Source: an uncultured Alphaproteobacteria bacterium (lineage in GTDB: Bacteria > Electryoneota > RPQS01). Taken from it: a stretch of DNA of 64,000 nt. Position numbers and translations under genes: made by a program. Position 1 is the first letter of the stretch; each line of letters starts with the position of its first letter. Below, one piece after another: positions 48,292 to 58,742 of the stretch. The DNA lies in contig CAYUIF010000001.1 in assembly GCA_964444755.1 (NCBI GenBank), forward strand, positions 238,402 through 302,401. Reading direction: 5' to 3'. A model generated the notes under the pieces. It ran no database searches, was not told where the DNA came from, and saw only the letters and a list, made by a program, of their open reading frames with translations.

Positions 48292-48519
48292 TCCTTGTAC
48301 CCGGTGGTGACTCTCCAGAGTCACCCCGATACTTGAAACACAACCGCAACAAATATACATGAGGCACCGGGGTCAATCCCCGGTGCCTTTGCTTGGAAAA
48401 GCATTGTCCTCCGGTTTGCCTATCGGTGATTCCCTCCGTATATTTAAAGTCTATCCTTTAAGTGCCGAACCGATTTCGACCCGATGAAGTGAATTTGCGC
48501 GGGTAATGGGAGTCAGCGA

Positions 48520-50919
48520 GTGCGATTTTTCGCGGTAAGCCTTGTTATTGTTCTATTTTGCATGGGTCTGGCCGATGCGGGAACCCTCACGCCCGGTCTA
48601 ACCGATGCCTACTCGCGGGCTGCCGATTCCGAGTTGCTGCCCGTTCTGATCACGCTGGCCGATTCCGCCTCCGCCTCCCGAATGGCCGAGCAATTGGCCG
48701 CTGAAGGTCTGCCGCTGGCGCAGATTCATCAGCGGGTCATGGATGCTCTGACCTCCCAAGCCGCCGCTCGGCCAGCGGAACTGCTCCGGCTGCTGGAAAC
48801 CATGACCAGCAATGGCCAAGCCCGGGCGGTTCGACCGTTCTGGCTTGCCAATGTTATTGCCGCCGAGCTGACGCATTCCGCCGCCGAGACCTTAGTCGAA
48901 CAAACCGGCATCGAAGAAATCGGACTCGATGAAACCGTCACGCTGCAGCGCAATCAACCGCTGCTGTCCGACGGCGGCGCGCAAAGCCTGAGCGCCATCG
49001 GCGCGCTGGATGTGTGGCTGAAGGGCACGCGCGGCGATGGCCGTATTGTGTGCGTGATCGGCGACGGTCTTGCTTCAACTCATCCGGCTCTCAAAAATAA
49101 CTGGCGCGGTAAAACGGCCCCGGCGAGCGAATGCTGGTATGATAAAAACGGCGGCCCTCCCGCCTCCTGCGGCAGCGAGAGTAGTTATCTGCTGGGTCTG
49201 CTGTGCGGCGCGCCCGCTGGGAATAATCCCGCCACCGGAGTTGCGCCCGCCGCTAATTGGATCGCCGCTAATATTTTCTGCGCGGGAACCGCCCGGCTTT
49301 CCGATGTGCTCGCCGCTTATCAGTGGGCGGCCGATCCCGATGGCAACTCCGCTACCGTGAATGACGTGCCCGATGCGATTTTAAGTCCGTGGCAAGTGAA
49401 TGGCGATTGCTTAGGCGCGGAGCCATCGCATGTATGGCAATTCGTTGCCAATCTTGAAGCGCTGGGACCGTTGCCGGTCTTTGCCGCCGGATCACTGCAC
49501 GCTCCGGCTTCGCTTCCGCAATGTTTTACCATCGGCAATCTTGACATCCGCGGCGGCCAGTCCATGCCCGAAGCCTCGGCTCCGCAAGGTCCGTCGCCCT
49601 GCGATCCGCGCATCACCAAGCCCGATCTTTCCGCCCCCGGCGCCGCCGTGCATACCACCGGTGAAACCGGCTACGTGGATGTGACCGGCGCGCCCGCCGC
49701 CGCCGCTTACGTCGCGGGCGCTGTCGCGCTGATCCGGCAGACCAATCCGCAGCTTTCCGCCACGGCCATAAAAAATCTGCTGACCGCTTCCGCTAAAGAT
49801 CTCGGCACTCCCGGTGCCGATAACCGCTTTGGCAGCGGCTTGCTGGATATTTCCAAAGCGGTGGAAATGGCGGTCTCCCGCGAGAATACCGGCAGCGTGC
49901 AGGTGACTGTGAAGTGTGACGGCAAGCCGCTCTCCGGCGCGCGCGTGGTGTTGTCAGGAAGTGGCGGTACTTTCAGTGCAAATACCGATAACGGAGTTGC
50001 GCTTCTGAATCGTATCCCCGCTGGCGAAAGCTATACCATCACCGTGGGCCGCTTTGGCTATACGGTGGATGCGCCCGCCGAACCCGTTGTTGTGAACAAA
50101 GGCGAAACCGCGCGCGTCACCGCCGCGTTGGAACCGTCATACGCTGATAATGCCGAATTCGATCAAGGCTGGAGTTTGGGAATTGCGGGAGACAACGCCA
50201 CCAGCGGGCAATGGCTGCGGGCGATTCCGGTGGGTTCGAAAGTCACAGGCCGGCCCGTGCAGCCCGAGATGGATGCCGATCCCGACGGGAAGTACTGCTT
50301 CGTGACGGGCAATGCCGACTCTCGCGATGCCGAAGCCAGTCAGGCGGATGTGGACGGCGGTCGCACCACCCTGCAATCGCCGCAGTTTGATCTGCGCGAT
50401 GTCGAAGCGCCGGAACTCTCTTTCAGCTACTGGTACAGCAACAACCAAGGCACGAATCCCGGCGAAGATGCATTCCGCGTGCAAATTTCTTCCGATGGCG
50501 GCGCGACATGGACGGACTTACTCACGACGACGCAATCCACCACCGGCTGGACGACACAAAAATACTCGCTGGACAGTTACGTCACCGCCACCGAGCGCAT
50601 GAAATTGCGGTTCATCGCCGAAGACCGCGAGCCGGGATCGCTCGTGGAAGCGGCGGTGGATGCGATTCGCATCGTCGGCACCCCCTCCGCACCCGAAGCG
50701 CCGCAGGATCTCACGCTGGACGTGCAATTCAATCAAGTCATTCTCCGCTGGCACAGTTCCAAGGGCGCGACCGCCTATCGCGTGTATCTTTCCGGTAATG
50801 CCGACAAGGTGGTGGATCCTGCCAATCTCTATGCCACTGTTTCCGATACGACCCTGCTGGTTCCCATGAGCGATATCCCCTACGTGCAGTTCTATTTCCA
50901 AGTGACTGCCGTTCGATAG
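48520..50919 (+). CDS. Subtilisin (S8)-like secreted protein with apparently degenerate catalytic triad + Ig-like + FN3 domains
   Basis: GTG start. Signal MRFFAVSLVIVLFCMGLADA. S8 scaffold recognisable (VCVIGDGLASTHPAL corresponds to VIDTGxxxxHPDL; VTGAPAAAAYVAGAVAL corresponds to GTSMAAPHVAG), but the Asp, His and Ser positions are not conserved. C-terminal FN3-like domain (YRVYLSG). Confidence 0.7.
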   Translation: MRFFAVSLVIVLFCMGLADAGTLTPGLTDAYSRAADSELLPVLITLADSASASRMAEQLAAEGLPLAQIHQRVMDALTSQAAARPAELLRLLETMTSNGQARAVRPFWLANVIAAELTHSAAETLVEQTGIEEIGLDETVTLQRNQPLLSDGGAQSLSAIGALDVWLKGTRGDGRIVCVIGDGLASTHPALKNNWRGKTAPASECWYDKNGGPPASCGSESSYLLGLLCGAPAGNNPATGVAPAANWIAANIFCAGTARLSDVLAAYQWAADPDGNSATVNDVPDAILSPWQVNGDCLGAEPSHVWQFVANLEALGPLPVFAAGSLHAPASLPQCFTIGNLDIRGGQSMPEASAPQGPSPCDPRITKPDLSAPGAAVHTTGETGYVDVTGAPAAAAYVAGAVALIRQTNPQLSATAIKNLLTASAKDLGTPGADNRFGSGLLDISKAVEMAVSRENTGSVQVTVKCDGKPLSGARVVLSGSGGTFSANTDNGVALLNRIPAGESYTITVGRFGYTVDAPAEPVVVNKGETARVTAALEPSYADNAEFDQGWSLGIAGDNATSGQWLRAIPVGSKVTGRPVQPEMDADPDGKYCFVTGNADSRDAEASQADVDGGRTTLQSPQFDLRDVEAPELSFSYWYSNNQGTNPGEDAFRVQISSDGGATWTDLLTTTQSTTGWTTQKYSLDSYVTATERMKLRFIAEDREPGSLVEAAVDAIRIVGTPSAPEAPQDLTLDVQFNQVILRWHSSKGATAYRVYLSGNADKVVDPANLYATVSDTTLLVPMSDIPYVQFYFQVTAVR

Positions 50920-50944
50920 ATTTCTGATTCACAGAATGTAATTC

Positions 50945-50978
50945 GGGCGACTCTTCGGAGTCGCCCGTTTTTTTTCGC
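50945..50978 (+). terminator. Rho-independent terminator
   Basis: gggcgactc-ttcg-gagtcgccc, then GTTTTTTTT. Confidence 0.7.
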
Positions 50979-50979
50979 C

Positions 50980-51480
50980 GATGCACCCGTCCGCGGGTGC
51001 CCGGAACTTTCGGAATTCGCCGCGGCAGGCTCTCAGCCTGCCCGGCTAACCAGCACAATCGTTGGTCATCCTGAACGCCGTGAAGGATCTCGCTTACGCC
51101 ACCGTGGCGGGTGTGTCACCCGCCCGGTAATATGCGGGTCTCCCTCCGTTTACGGGGGGACGGAAGGGGGGATTCGCCGAGGCAGATCCCCTGATCTGCC
51201 CGGAATCTTGTAGCGCCCCGCTTGCTGGGCTTTATTCGCCGAGTAGAGTTTGTTTCCCCCTACTTTAGTGGGGGGATAAAAGGGGGGTGCATTCCGGGCA
51301 CAACCCGCTGTGCCCCTACCGAAGACGGCCATAATGAAGTATGGCCCTACAAAGTGCGGGAATTTTACATCTGGGAGGGGTCGTTCGCGAACCGCCCCTA
51401 CAGCACGTTGCATCGCAGTAATGATCGCCGCGGCAGGTTCTTAACCTGCCCGGCTCACCGCGAATAATCGTTTGTCATCC
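50980..51480. repeat. REP/BIME-like element array
   Basis: ttttcgccgatgcacccgtccgcgggtgcccggaac; cgcggcaggctctcagcctgcccggct; ttcgccgaggcagatcccctgatctgcccggaatc; gggcacaacccgctgtgcccctac; ggccataatgaagtatggccctaca; cgcgaaccgcccctacagcacgtt. Confidence 0.65.
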
Positions 51481-51553
51481 TGAACGCAGTGAAGGATCTC
51501 TCTTCGATGTTAGGGATTCTTCAGCCTGCTGACGCAGACTTCAGAATGACACT
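51473..51553. mobile_element. MITE-like ~80-bp element with ~12-bp terminal inverted repeats
   Basis: TGTCATCCTGAAcgcagtgaaggatctctcttcgatgttagggattcttcagcctgctgacgcagacTTCAGAATGACA. A second full copy lies at 54081-54160 and a partial copy at 51064-51100. Confidence 0.45.
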
Positions 51554-51588
51554 CTCTTGTGAAGGCTTTTAAGTTTTAAGTTTTAAGT

Positions 51589-53967
51589 TTATTTCAAGAG
51601 CACTATCTTCCGCACTTGCGACCGCTCCCCCGCTTGCACTCGGGACAGATATACTCCCGATGGTAGTTCGCTTGCATCGAACAGATGCCGATGTTCTCCC
51701 GCGTTCAACCGCCCGAGGTTTTCTTCATATACGGTTTGGCCGAGGACGTTGTAAACGCTCACGGTTACTGGTGCCGAGTGCGGCAACGTGAAGGATAGTG
51801 TTGCAGTAGGATTAAACGGATTGGGGTAAGTGGAAAGAGTGAAGGATGAGGATTGAGGGATGAAGGGATCTCTCGCAGATTGGGATGACAAATCCATTCG
51901 CAATAAGAAACCGGTAGAAGGTTGCGGGAACATGGCATTAGAAGTGATCGGAAACTCATTGGAGAATGTGTGTCCGGCTAACCAAATAGCACCGGGATGG
52001 TCATATACCAAGGCATCCGTCCATTCGTCGTATTCTCCACCGATATACGTGCAGTATTCCAACGCTGTAAAATCGGAAGACAACCGACAGAGAAACAAAT
52101 CTTCGCCGTTCTCTTCACCGGGGTGAAGTGTACTGTCATAGGCATCGGGAGTTACGGGTAAATCGCCGCTATGGGTAATCCCAGGAATCAGAATCGACAC
52201 CGCAGATTCCACATAGGCATTATTCCAAATATCATAATCACTACCGCCGAAAAATGTCCCCCGCAGAGGAGTATTCGGCAATTGAAAATCCAAGATGAAT
52301 CCATCATAAAATGAAGGTGGTCCGGGATTCAATCCCCCCGGTGGCATCGGGAAGTTGGGATTATTCGTATAGCCGATTAGCAATAACCGGTCGTCCCCTT
52401 GCACAATGATTTGGCAAAGATAGTCGTTTTCATATCCGCTATGGGGCGCGCCCAAATAGGATGCATATTCGACACTATTACTATTCAAATCCACTCGCGC
52501 GAAATACCCCGAATACCGCCCCGTTGTCTCGGAGATGAATGCATCGGGAGTGGTTGGCAATCCTCCTGCACCATTATAGTCTAATAACACAATCCACAGA
52601 TATCCCGGCGATAGAACCACAAGATCCATGGGAAACCATCTTCCACCCAAAATCGGACTGTAAAAGGTCGAATAGACTAATGCCCCAGTTGTGTCAAAGA
52701 TTGCTAAAAATGTGCATTCAATACCTACGAACTCGCCCCACATCGCACCGGGAGTAACGGGAAAGTCTGAGGATTGTGTCCTCCCAGAAATATAGAATCG
52801 CCCCAGTGAATCTACCTCACAGTCGGATAAGGATTCATCATCCACACCTCCCAAATAGGTGCAGAACAGCAGACTATCTCCGTGTGATGTCAAATGAATC
52901 ACACCAAGTTCACTGGAAGCATTTACTGTATCAAATGCGTCCGGCGATAGCGGCCAACCGGATGAAGCATTACTTGCGATATATATGGAATTATCAGTAA
53001 GCGTTCGAACTTTACCGTAAAATCCGCTACCTCCCGAGATATAGGTTGAAAAGATCAGGGAATCGGCATTCGGTGAGAATTTCATCAGGAAACCACCGCC
53101 AGTGCCGGTCTCCTGAAACGCGCCGGGAGTTGTGGGAAAGTTTGCGCGCCAAGTATCTCCATGAATCAATTTATTGCCAAGACCGTCCTTTGTCATATCA
53201 AAGACTTCATCGCGAATTGACCCGGCAATGTACGTACTATACACCAGCGGATCAATCACCAGTTCTGCACTGCGGTTGTACTCCTCACATATCAGACCAT
53301 AACGATTGTTTCCCAACAGCCGATACTGCACCCGAATGCTGGCTTGCCTGCGGCTTTCGATCTGAAAAGCGAACGGGGCCTTTTCGTAAAGATCGCCCAC
53401 GGACGTGACCAAAACCAGCTTGCCCTCGCCATCCATCCGCAACGGCTCATCCAAGCCCTCATACTGAACCACGATTCGGCTGACATCGGCACCCGGCTTG
53501 ACATGAAAAAACGTTTCCACGCCGCGCGGATCGGCCTTATATTCCACATCAATCCCCGGCCACACCTCCTTGGCAATCACTCTGCCGTAGTTAGGCACCC
53601 GGCTCTTCCACTGGCTTTGGTCTCTTCCCTTGAAATAGTTGCTGTAGCTGGTGAGCCTGTCCTCCGGCACCAGTTCGTACTGTTCATTACACCCCACTAA
53701 CCTCACCATCACCGCATGCCCGCGCACCGTCCGCGCCGTATCTTGAGGCACGTATCTTTCGGCTTCATCCCTCATCCTTCGTCCTTCATCCTTTGCTGTC
53801 ACGGCAATCGTCATCCCCGTCCCGGTCAGAAAATAGCTCGCGTTCCCTACGTCACACCGATAGGCAAACTCCCCCTCCCACTGACCCTGATTCGGCTCGA
53901 AGTGGAAGGGAGCGGGGAGCGCGAAAGCGACGGAAACGAAAAGAAGAGTGAGGAAGAAAGGTTTCAT
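51589..53967 (-). CDS. T9SS-sorted beta-propeller (SBBP-like repeat) protein (792 aa)
   Basis: Signal MKPFFLTLLFVSVAFALPAP. C-terminal YPNPFNPTATLSFTLPHSAPVTVSVYNVLGQTVYEENLGRLNAGEHRHLFDASELPSGVYLSRVQAGERSQVRKIVLLK is nearly identical to the detached C-terminal domain at 25547-25792. Confidence 0.8.
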   Translation of the reverse strand: MKPFFLTLLFVSVAFALPAPFHFEPNQGQWEGEFAYRCDVGNASYFLTGTGMTIAVTAKDEGRRMRDEAERYVPQDTARTVRGHAVMVRLVGCNEQYELVPEDRLTSYSNYFKGRDQSQWKSRVPNYGRVIAKEVWPGIDVEYKADPRGVETFFHVKPGADVSRIVVQYEGLDEPLRMDGEGKLVLVTSVGDLYEKAPFAFQIESRRQASIRVQYRLLGNNRYGLICEEYNRSAELVIDPLVYSTYIAGSIRDEVFDMTKDGLGNKLIHGDTWRANFPTTPGAFQETGTGGGFLMKFSPNADSLIFSTYISGGSGFYGKVRTLTDNSIYIASNASSGWPLSPDAFDTVNASSELGVIHLTSHGDSLLFCTYLGGVDDESLSDCEVDSLGRFYISGRTQSSDFPVTPGAMWGEFVGIECTFLAIFDTTGALVYSTFYSPILGGRWFPMDLVVLSPGYLWIVLLDYNGAGGLPTTPDAFISETTGRYSGYFARVDLNSNSVEYASYLGAPHSGYENDYLCQIIVQGDDRLLLIGYTNNPNFPMPPGGLNPGPPSFYDGFILDFQLPNTPLRGTFFGGSDYDIWNNAYVESAVSILIPGITHSGDLPVTPDAYDSTLHPGEENGEDLFLCRLSSDFTALEYCTYIGGEYDEWTDALVYDHPGAIWLAGHTFSNEFPITSNAMFPQPSTGFLLRMDLSSQSARDPFIPQSSSFTLSTYPNPFNPTATLSFTLPHSAPVTVSVYNVLGQTVYEENLGRLNAGEHRHLFDASELPSGVYLSRVQAGERSQVRKIVLLK

Positions 53968-54328
53968 GGTACGGTCTTTAGTAAGCAGTTAGCCGGGCAG
54001 GTTGAGAACCTGCCGCGGCGATGTCGTTGCGATGCGGTTCTTCCGGCGGGGTAGAAAACCCCGCTCGGCGAACACACGAGTGTCATCCTGAACGTAGTGA
54101 AGGATCTCTCTTCGATGCAAGGGATTCTGGACGCCCGCTGACGCGGTATCCAGAATGACACATTAATGTCACGTTCCGGGCACCCGGGGACGGGTGCCGC
54201 GGCGAAGACGGGCACGGCATGCCGTGCCCCTACCAAACGGACGGTACAACCCCCCTTTAATCCCCCCGCTGAAGCAGGGGGAAATATATACACGGGCGGG
54301 TGACACACCCGCCACGGTGATGATAGGT
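53968..54328. repeat. REP/BIME-like array including a MITE-like copy (54081-54160)
   Basis: The first ~60 nt after the gene start are nearly identical to 27062-27120 (shared upstream block). ttccggcggggtagaaaaccccgctcggcgaa; gggcacggcatgccgtgcccctac; ccccccgctgaagcaggggg. Confidence 0.6.
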
Positions 54329-55507
54329 TTACTCCGGCTGCAGCACTAACTCCACCGCGTATTCCTGTGTGGCGGCGATATCCAGTGTGCTGTCGGCAAT
54401 CTGATATCCGTTCTTGATGGCTACCACCGTCAGCCGCGTGAGGATCAGCGTGCCCTGATCCGCGCCGTCCGCGCTGCGCAAACGAATGGTCTGCCCCGCC
54501 GCCGCATCGAAGGTATATGTTCCTTCGCTGCCGGACAGCGCAAACTCCTCCATCCCTCGCAGCGTGTTATAATCGTACACATTTCGCAGCAGTGTGTGTT
54601 CATTGCTGTAGGTTCCCGCTGTGTAATGCACGGTGTATAGTCCGTTGGGGCGATCGCCCAAGTTCAGCTTGAGCTGCTGCCCGCCCGAGCCGTAGACACT
54701 GTCCAGGAGGGTTTCGCTGTAGCGGTTGTTGGGCCAGCGCAGGGTGATTTTGCTTTGCGCCACGTCCTGCAACCCGAACCGGATCGTCACCGAATCCGCC
54801 GCCGGATTGGGATAACTTTGTTCCAGATTCCACGATGGAATCACCGGCGCGCCGTCACAGGGCGTGCAGGTGAACACCAGTTCGCGTTCGCTGGGACCGG
54901 CCGGCACGTCCACGACCTGACTGGTCCACAATACGTTGCCGTCCGCACAATAAATGCGCGCATAGAACCGGTTGGGGGTCAGGACGTCGCCGACTGTCGT
55001 AAAGAACAGATTGGCCATAAACTGCCCTTCCCCTAATCCGATGGTCGGACCATTGATCGGCATTTCAATGAAGTTGACAGTACCAGCCGGGCTGCCTTCA
55101 CAATTCGGCGGATTATCGCAGAGCGGCGGCGGTGGGTCTTCATTATCCACCCCGTCCCCGTCCCGATCCCAAAACAGCTTGATGATCACGCCTTCGGGGA
55201 GCGACGTCGAACCGCCGCATTCGGTGGTGAGAGTCTGACTGTCATTGTAGAATAACACCGAGGATGGCGTCATGGGATGCGCCTGCTCGGTGGTCGTCGT
55301 TCCCACGGGATAAATGATGTGCAGAAATACATCCGAAACCGGAGTTCCGGCGGCATCGCGCACCGTTCCCGTCAGGCGGGCATAGCCCGCCGGAACATCG
55401 GGTCCGTCACCGGGTCCGGTAGGACTCTTCTCCTCCTTCTTGCAGGACAGCAGCAGACTCGAGATCGTCAGCACACCAATCAGCAGTCGCAAATGATGTC
55501 GTACCAT
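54329..55507 (-). CDS. Lipoprotein of unknown function (CarbopepD_reg-like N-terminal domain, Asp-rich calcium-binding-like segment)
   Basis: Lipobox LLSCKK. ARLTGTVRDAAGTPVSDVFLHIIYP. DRDGDGVDNEDPPPP. Confidence 0.65.
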   Translation of the reverse strand: MVRHHLRLLIGVLTISSLLLSCKKEEKSPTGPGDGPDVPAGYARLTGTVRDAAGTPVSDVFLHIIYPVGTTTTEQAHPMTPSSVLFYNDSQTLTTECGGSTSLPEGVIIKLFWDRDGDGVDNEDPPPPLCDNPPNCEGSPAGTVNFIEMPINGPTIGLGEGQFMANLFFTTVGDVLTPNRFYARIYCADGNVLWTSQVVDVPAGPSERELVFTCTPCDGAPVIPSWNLEQSYPNPAADSVTIRFGLQDVAQSKITLRWPNNRYSETLLDSVYGSGGQQLKLNLGDRPNGLYTVHYTAGTYSNEHTLLRNVYDYNTLRGMEEFALSGSEGTYTFDAAAGQTIRLRSADGADQGTLILTRLTVVAIKNGYQIADSTLDIAATQEYAVELVLQPE

Positions 55508-55772
55508 TGGGCAAACCTTATCGTATTCATTAGAGGCAAGTGTTCTTGTAAGGTACGAACCCCCTCTCGAAAAAACAAGTTATCTGTCGTACAATCCAAG
55601 CCTTACTCCCATGTACTGATTTTCCGCAGATTTCCTCACTGCTTTGCGGAATTGCCAAAAACTTAACATATTAATTGACGGTTTAGTCTAAGCCTTTGTA
55701 GGTCTGTAAGTAAAATATGGACTTACAGGCAAGTTCGATGCTCAGCGCATTCAACTCCCAACGGAGGATTTC

Positions 55773-56327
55773 ATGGGTGCTTTTCTGATACTTTTAGCGA
55801 TTATTGTCGTGATTGTCGTTTGGATCGTCGGCATCTATAACGGACTGGTCGGTCTGCGCAATCAGGTTCGTAATGCGTGGGCGCAGATTGACGTGCAGCT
55901 TAAGCGGCGGCGCGATCTGATTCCCAATCTGGTGGAAGTGGTCAAGGACTATATGTCCTACGAACAGGAAACGCTCACCAAGGTCGTGGAAGCGCGCAGC
56001 AAAGCCATCAGCGCGCAGGGCGTCGTCGCCACCGCCGAAGCCGAAAATCAATTGACCGGCGCGCTGAAATCGCTGTTTGCGGTGATGGAAAACTACCCGA
56101 CGCTCAAGGCCAACGAAAATGTGGCCAAACTTCAGGAAGAGTTGACGTCCACCGAAAACAAAATCGCCTTCGCGCGGCAATACTATAACGATTCGGTCAT
56201 GCGCATGAACAACAAGACCGAGATGTTCCCGTCCAATGTCATCGCGGGCATGTTCAACTTCAAGCGTGAAGACTATTATCCCGTGCCCGAAGAGGAGAAG
56301 GAAGCGATTAAGGTGGATTTGCGGTAG
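55773..56327 (+). CDS. lemA: LemA-family protein
   Basis: N-terminal TM helix + LemA core (GLVGLRNQVRNAWAQIDVQLKRRRDLIPNLVEVVK...). Confidence 0.9.
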   Translation: MGAFLILLAIIVVIVVWIVGIYNGLVGLRNQVRNAWAQIDVQLKRRRDLIPNLVEVVKDYMSYEQETLTKVVEARSKAISAQGVVATAEAENQLTGALKSLFAVMENYPTLKANENVAKLQEELTSTENKIAFARQYYNDSVMRMNNKTEMFPSNVIAGMFNFKREDYYPVPEEEKEAIKVDLR

Positions 56328-56333
56328 CGAATC

Positions 56334-57272
56334 ATGCTGGCCGTAGAATCTACATCGAGCCTTCGACCGCGCCGCGATTTCGCCGCCGATATCGCCGCCA
56401 ATAAAAACAAGTCCGCCATTCTGCTCATTTTATTGGGAGCGATTCTGGTATTGCTGGGCGCGGGCTTCGGCGCGTATATCGGTTCCGTCGAGTTGGGCGT
56501 GATCGGCGGATTGCTCATTGCGCTCATCGTCGGCTTGGTGGCATACTTCGACGGCGCGCGCACGATTCTCGATTTAAGCGGCGCGCGCAAGGCCGATCCC
56601 CAGCGCGATCAAGTCGTGATCAACGTGGTGGATGAAATGCGCATCGCCGGGGGACTGCCAATGCCGGAAGTGTACGTGATCGAAACCGACGCGCTCAACG
56701 CCTTCGCTACGGGCCGCGATCCGCAGCACGCGGTGGTGGCGGTGACGACCGGACTGGTGAATAAACTGAACCGCGAAGAGCTGCAAGGCGTGGTCGGCCA
56801 CGAAATGAGCCACATCCGCACGTTCGATATTCGCTATATGATGCTGGTGGCGGCGCTGGTGGGGGCGATCGTGCTGCTCTCCGACGGCATGCTACGCGGC
56901 GGACGCTTCTTCGGCGGACGGCGCAGCCGCGGCGGTGGTGGCGGCAATGCGATCTTTTTGATTCTTGCTTTAGTCTTAGCCATCATCGCGCCGCTGTTTG
57001 CCGCGCTCTTGCAGATGGCCATCTCCCGCAAACGCGAGTTCATGGCCGATGCGGGCGGCGTGGAACTGACGCGCAATCCGCTGGCGCTGGCCAGCGCCCT
57101 CGAAAAAATCGATCATCACCTGATCGCCGATCCGCTGCCGGGCGCCAATCGCGGCACGCAGCATCTGTATATCGCCAATCCGCTGCACCGCTTCAAATGG
57201 AACGCCTCCGCGCTGATGAGCACGCATCCGCCGATGGAAGAGCGCATCGCCCGGCTGCGCGCCATGGGCTAA
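56334..57272 (+). CDS. htpX: M48-family zinc metalloprotease (HtpX-like)
   Basis: HEXXH (VVGHEMSHI). Four TM segments. C-terminal HPPMEERIARL. Confidence 0.88.
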   Translation: MLAVESTSSLRPRRDFAADIAANKNKSAILLILLGAILVLLGAGFGAYIGSVELGVIGGLLIALIVGLVAYFDGARTILDLSGARKADPQRDQVVINVVDEMRIAGGLPMPEVYVIETDALNAFATGRDPQHAVVAVTTGLVNKLNREELQGVVGHEMSHIRTFDIRYMMLVAALVGAIVLLSDGMLRGGRFFGGRRSRGGGGGNAIFLILALVLAIIAPLFAALLQMAISRKREFMADAGGVELTRNPLALASALEKIDHHLIADPLPGANRGTQHLYIANPLHRFKWNASALMSTHPPMEERIARLRAMG

Positions 57273-57293
57273 AACACGATTCGGAACTCTGAG

Positions 57294-57743
57294 ATGTTCA
57301 CACCCTCCGATCCCTTCCTGGCTGCCGCACTGGAAGAAGCGCGGTTGGGTTTGGCCGAGGGCGGTATCCCCATCGGCTCGGTGATCGTGCACAACGGCCG
57401 GATCATCGGGCGCGGCCACAACCGCCGCGTGCAGCAGGGCAGCGCGATCCTGCATGGCGAAATGGATGCGCTGGAAAACGCCGGTCGGCAACCCGCGCGT
57501 GTCTATCGCGAGTGCACGCTCTACACCACCCTCTCCCCGTGCTCCATGTGCAGCGGGGCGATTCTGCTCTACGGCATACCTCGCGTCGTCATCGGCGAAA
57601 GCGTAAACTTCATGGGCGAGGAAGACTGGCTGCGCTCGCGCGGCGTGCAGATAGAAGTCGTGAACGATCCCGCCTGCATCGAACTCATGGCCGACTTCAT
57701 CCGCACCCACCCCGACCTCTGGAACGAAGATATCGGGGAATGA
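57294..57743 (+). CDS. CMP/dCMP-type nucleoside deaminase (TadA/GuaD/CodA-small-like)
   Basis: HGEMDAL (H-x-E zinc motif) and SPCSMCSGAI (PC..C). 149 aa. Confidence 0.8.
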   Translation: MFTPSDPFLAAALEEARLGLAEGGIPIGSVIVHNGRIIGRGHNRRVQQGSAILHGEMDALENAGRQPARVYRECTLYTTLSPCSMCSGAILLYGIPRVVIGESVNFMGEEDWLRSRGVQIEVVNDPACIELMADFIRTHPDLWNEDIGE

Positions 57744-57779
57744 TCTGCGCTGTGGCGGGTCCATGACCCGACCGGCGAA

Positions 57780-58637
57780 ATGCGGGATGCAACGGGACGG
57801 AGCCCGTTACCTAATTTGTCTTCGACCTTCAATCCTGAAGCAATGCTGATTATCTCAGAACCAATCCGTCAAACGATTTTGCGGAGGTTGGACACAATCG
57901 AGAGCGAGCACTCGATCCGCATTCTATATGCCGTGGAAACCGGAAGCCGAGCCTGGGATTTCGCTTCGCTGAACAGTGACTACGACGTGCGATTTATTTA
58001 TGCTAACACGCGGGACTGGTATCTGACACTCAAGGAAGGACACGATGTCCTTGAAACGCCCATTGTGGACGATCTGGACATTCAGGGATGGGATATTCGC
58101 AAGGCATTGCGCCTATTTGCGAAATCCAATCCTCCTTTGAACGAGTGGCTGGTATCGCCGCATATTTATCTTGAGAACGGAATCTTCGCGCCGCGCCTTC
58201 GTCAACTGACGAGCGAATATTACTCTCCCAAGAGTGCAGCCTATCACTATCTGCACATGGCTCAGCATGAATATCGCAGCGACTTCTACAAAGGTCCTGA
58301 AGTTATTCTGAAAAAATACTTATACATCGTGCGTCCGTTGCTCAATATTCTGTGGATCCGCGACCGCCAAACCGTGCCGCCGATTTCGATGATCGAGGTG
58401 ATGAACGGAGCGGAAATGCCGGATGATGCCCAGGCGGCTGTTCTCTCGATTGTGGAGAAGAAACGGGCGGGACTGGAACTCGGCAAAGGCAGCAAGATTC
58501 CGGTGCTGGATCGGTATTTGGAAGCGCTCTTCATTCAAGCGGAAGTATTCTGTGCCGGAGCGCAAGCGCGTAAAATCGGCACCCAGGCTTTAGACCAACT
58601 GTTTCGTGAAGTGCTTAACGAAACCGGGCGTGAATAG
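57780..58637 (+). CDS. Pol-beta-superfamily nucleotidyltransferase (COG3541-like)
   Basis: GSRAWDFASLNSDYDVRFIY (GS...DxD). 285 aa. An alternative start at 57843 is possible. Confidence 0.65.
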   Translation: MRDATGRSPLPNLSSTFNPEAMLIISEPIRQTILRRLDTIESEHSIRILYAVETGSRAWDFASLNSDYDVRFIYANTRDWYLTLKEGHDVLETPIVDDLDIQGWDIRKALRLFAKSNPPLNEWLVSPHIYLENGIFAPRLRQLTSEYYSPKSAAYHYLHMAQHEYRSDFYKGPEVILKKYLYIVRPLLNILWIRDRQTVPPISMIEVMNGAEMPDDAQAAVLSIVEKKRAGLELGKGSKIPVLDRYLEALFIQAEVFCAGAQARKIGTQALDQLFREVLNETGRE

Positions 58638-58742
58638 TATTGATTCGCCAAGCGCGGGCACGGCGTGCCGTGCCCCTGCCGATAGGTTCGATTGATTTAC
58701 GTTTTCTGATTTCTCGTTTCTCATTTCAAATTTCTTTTGCCC

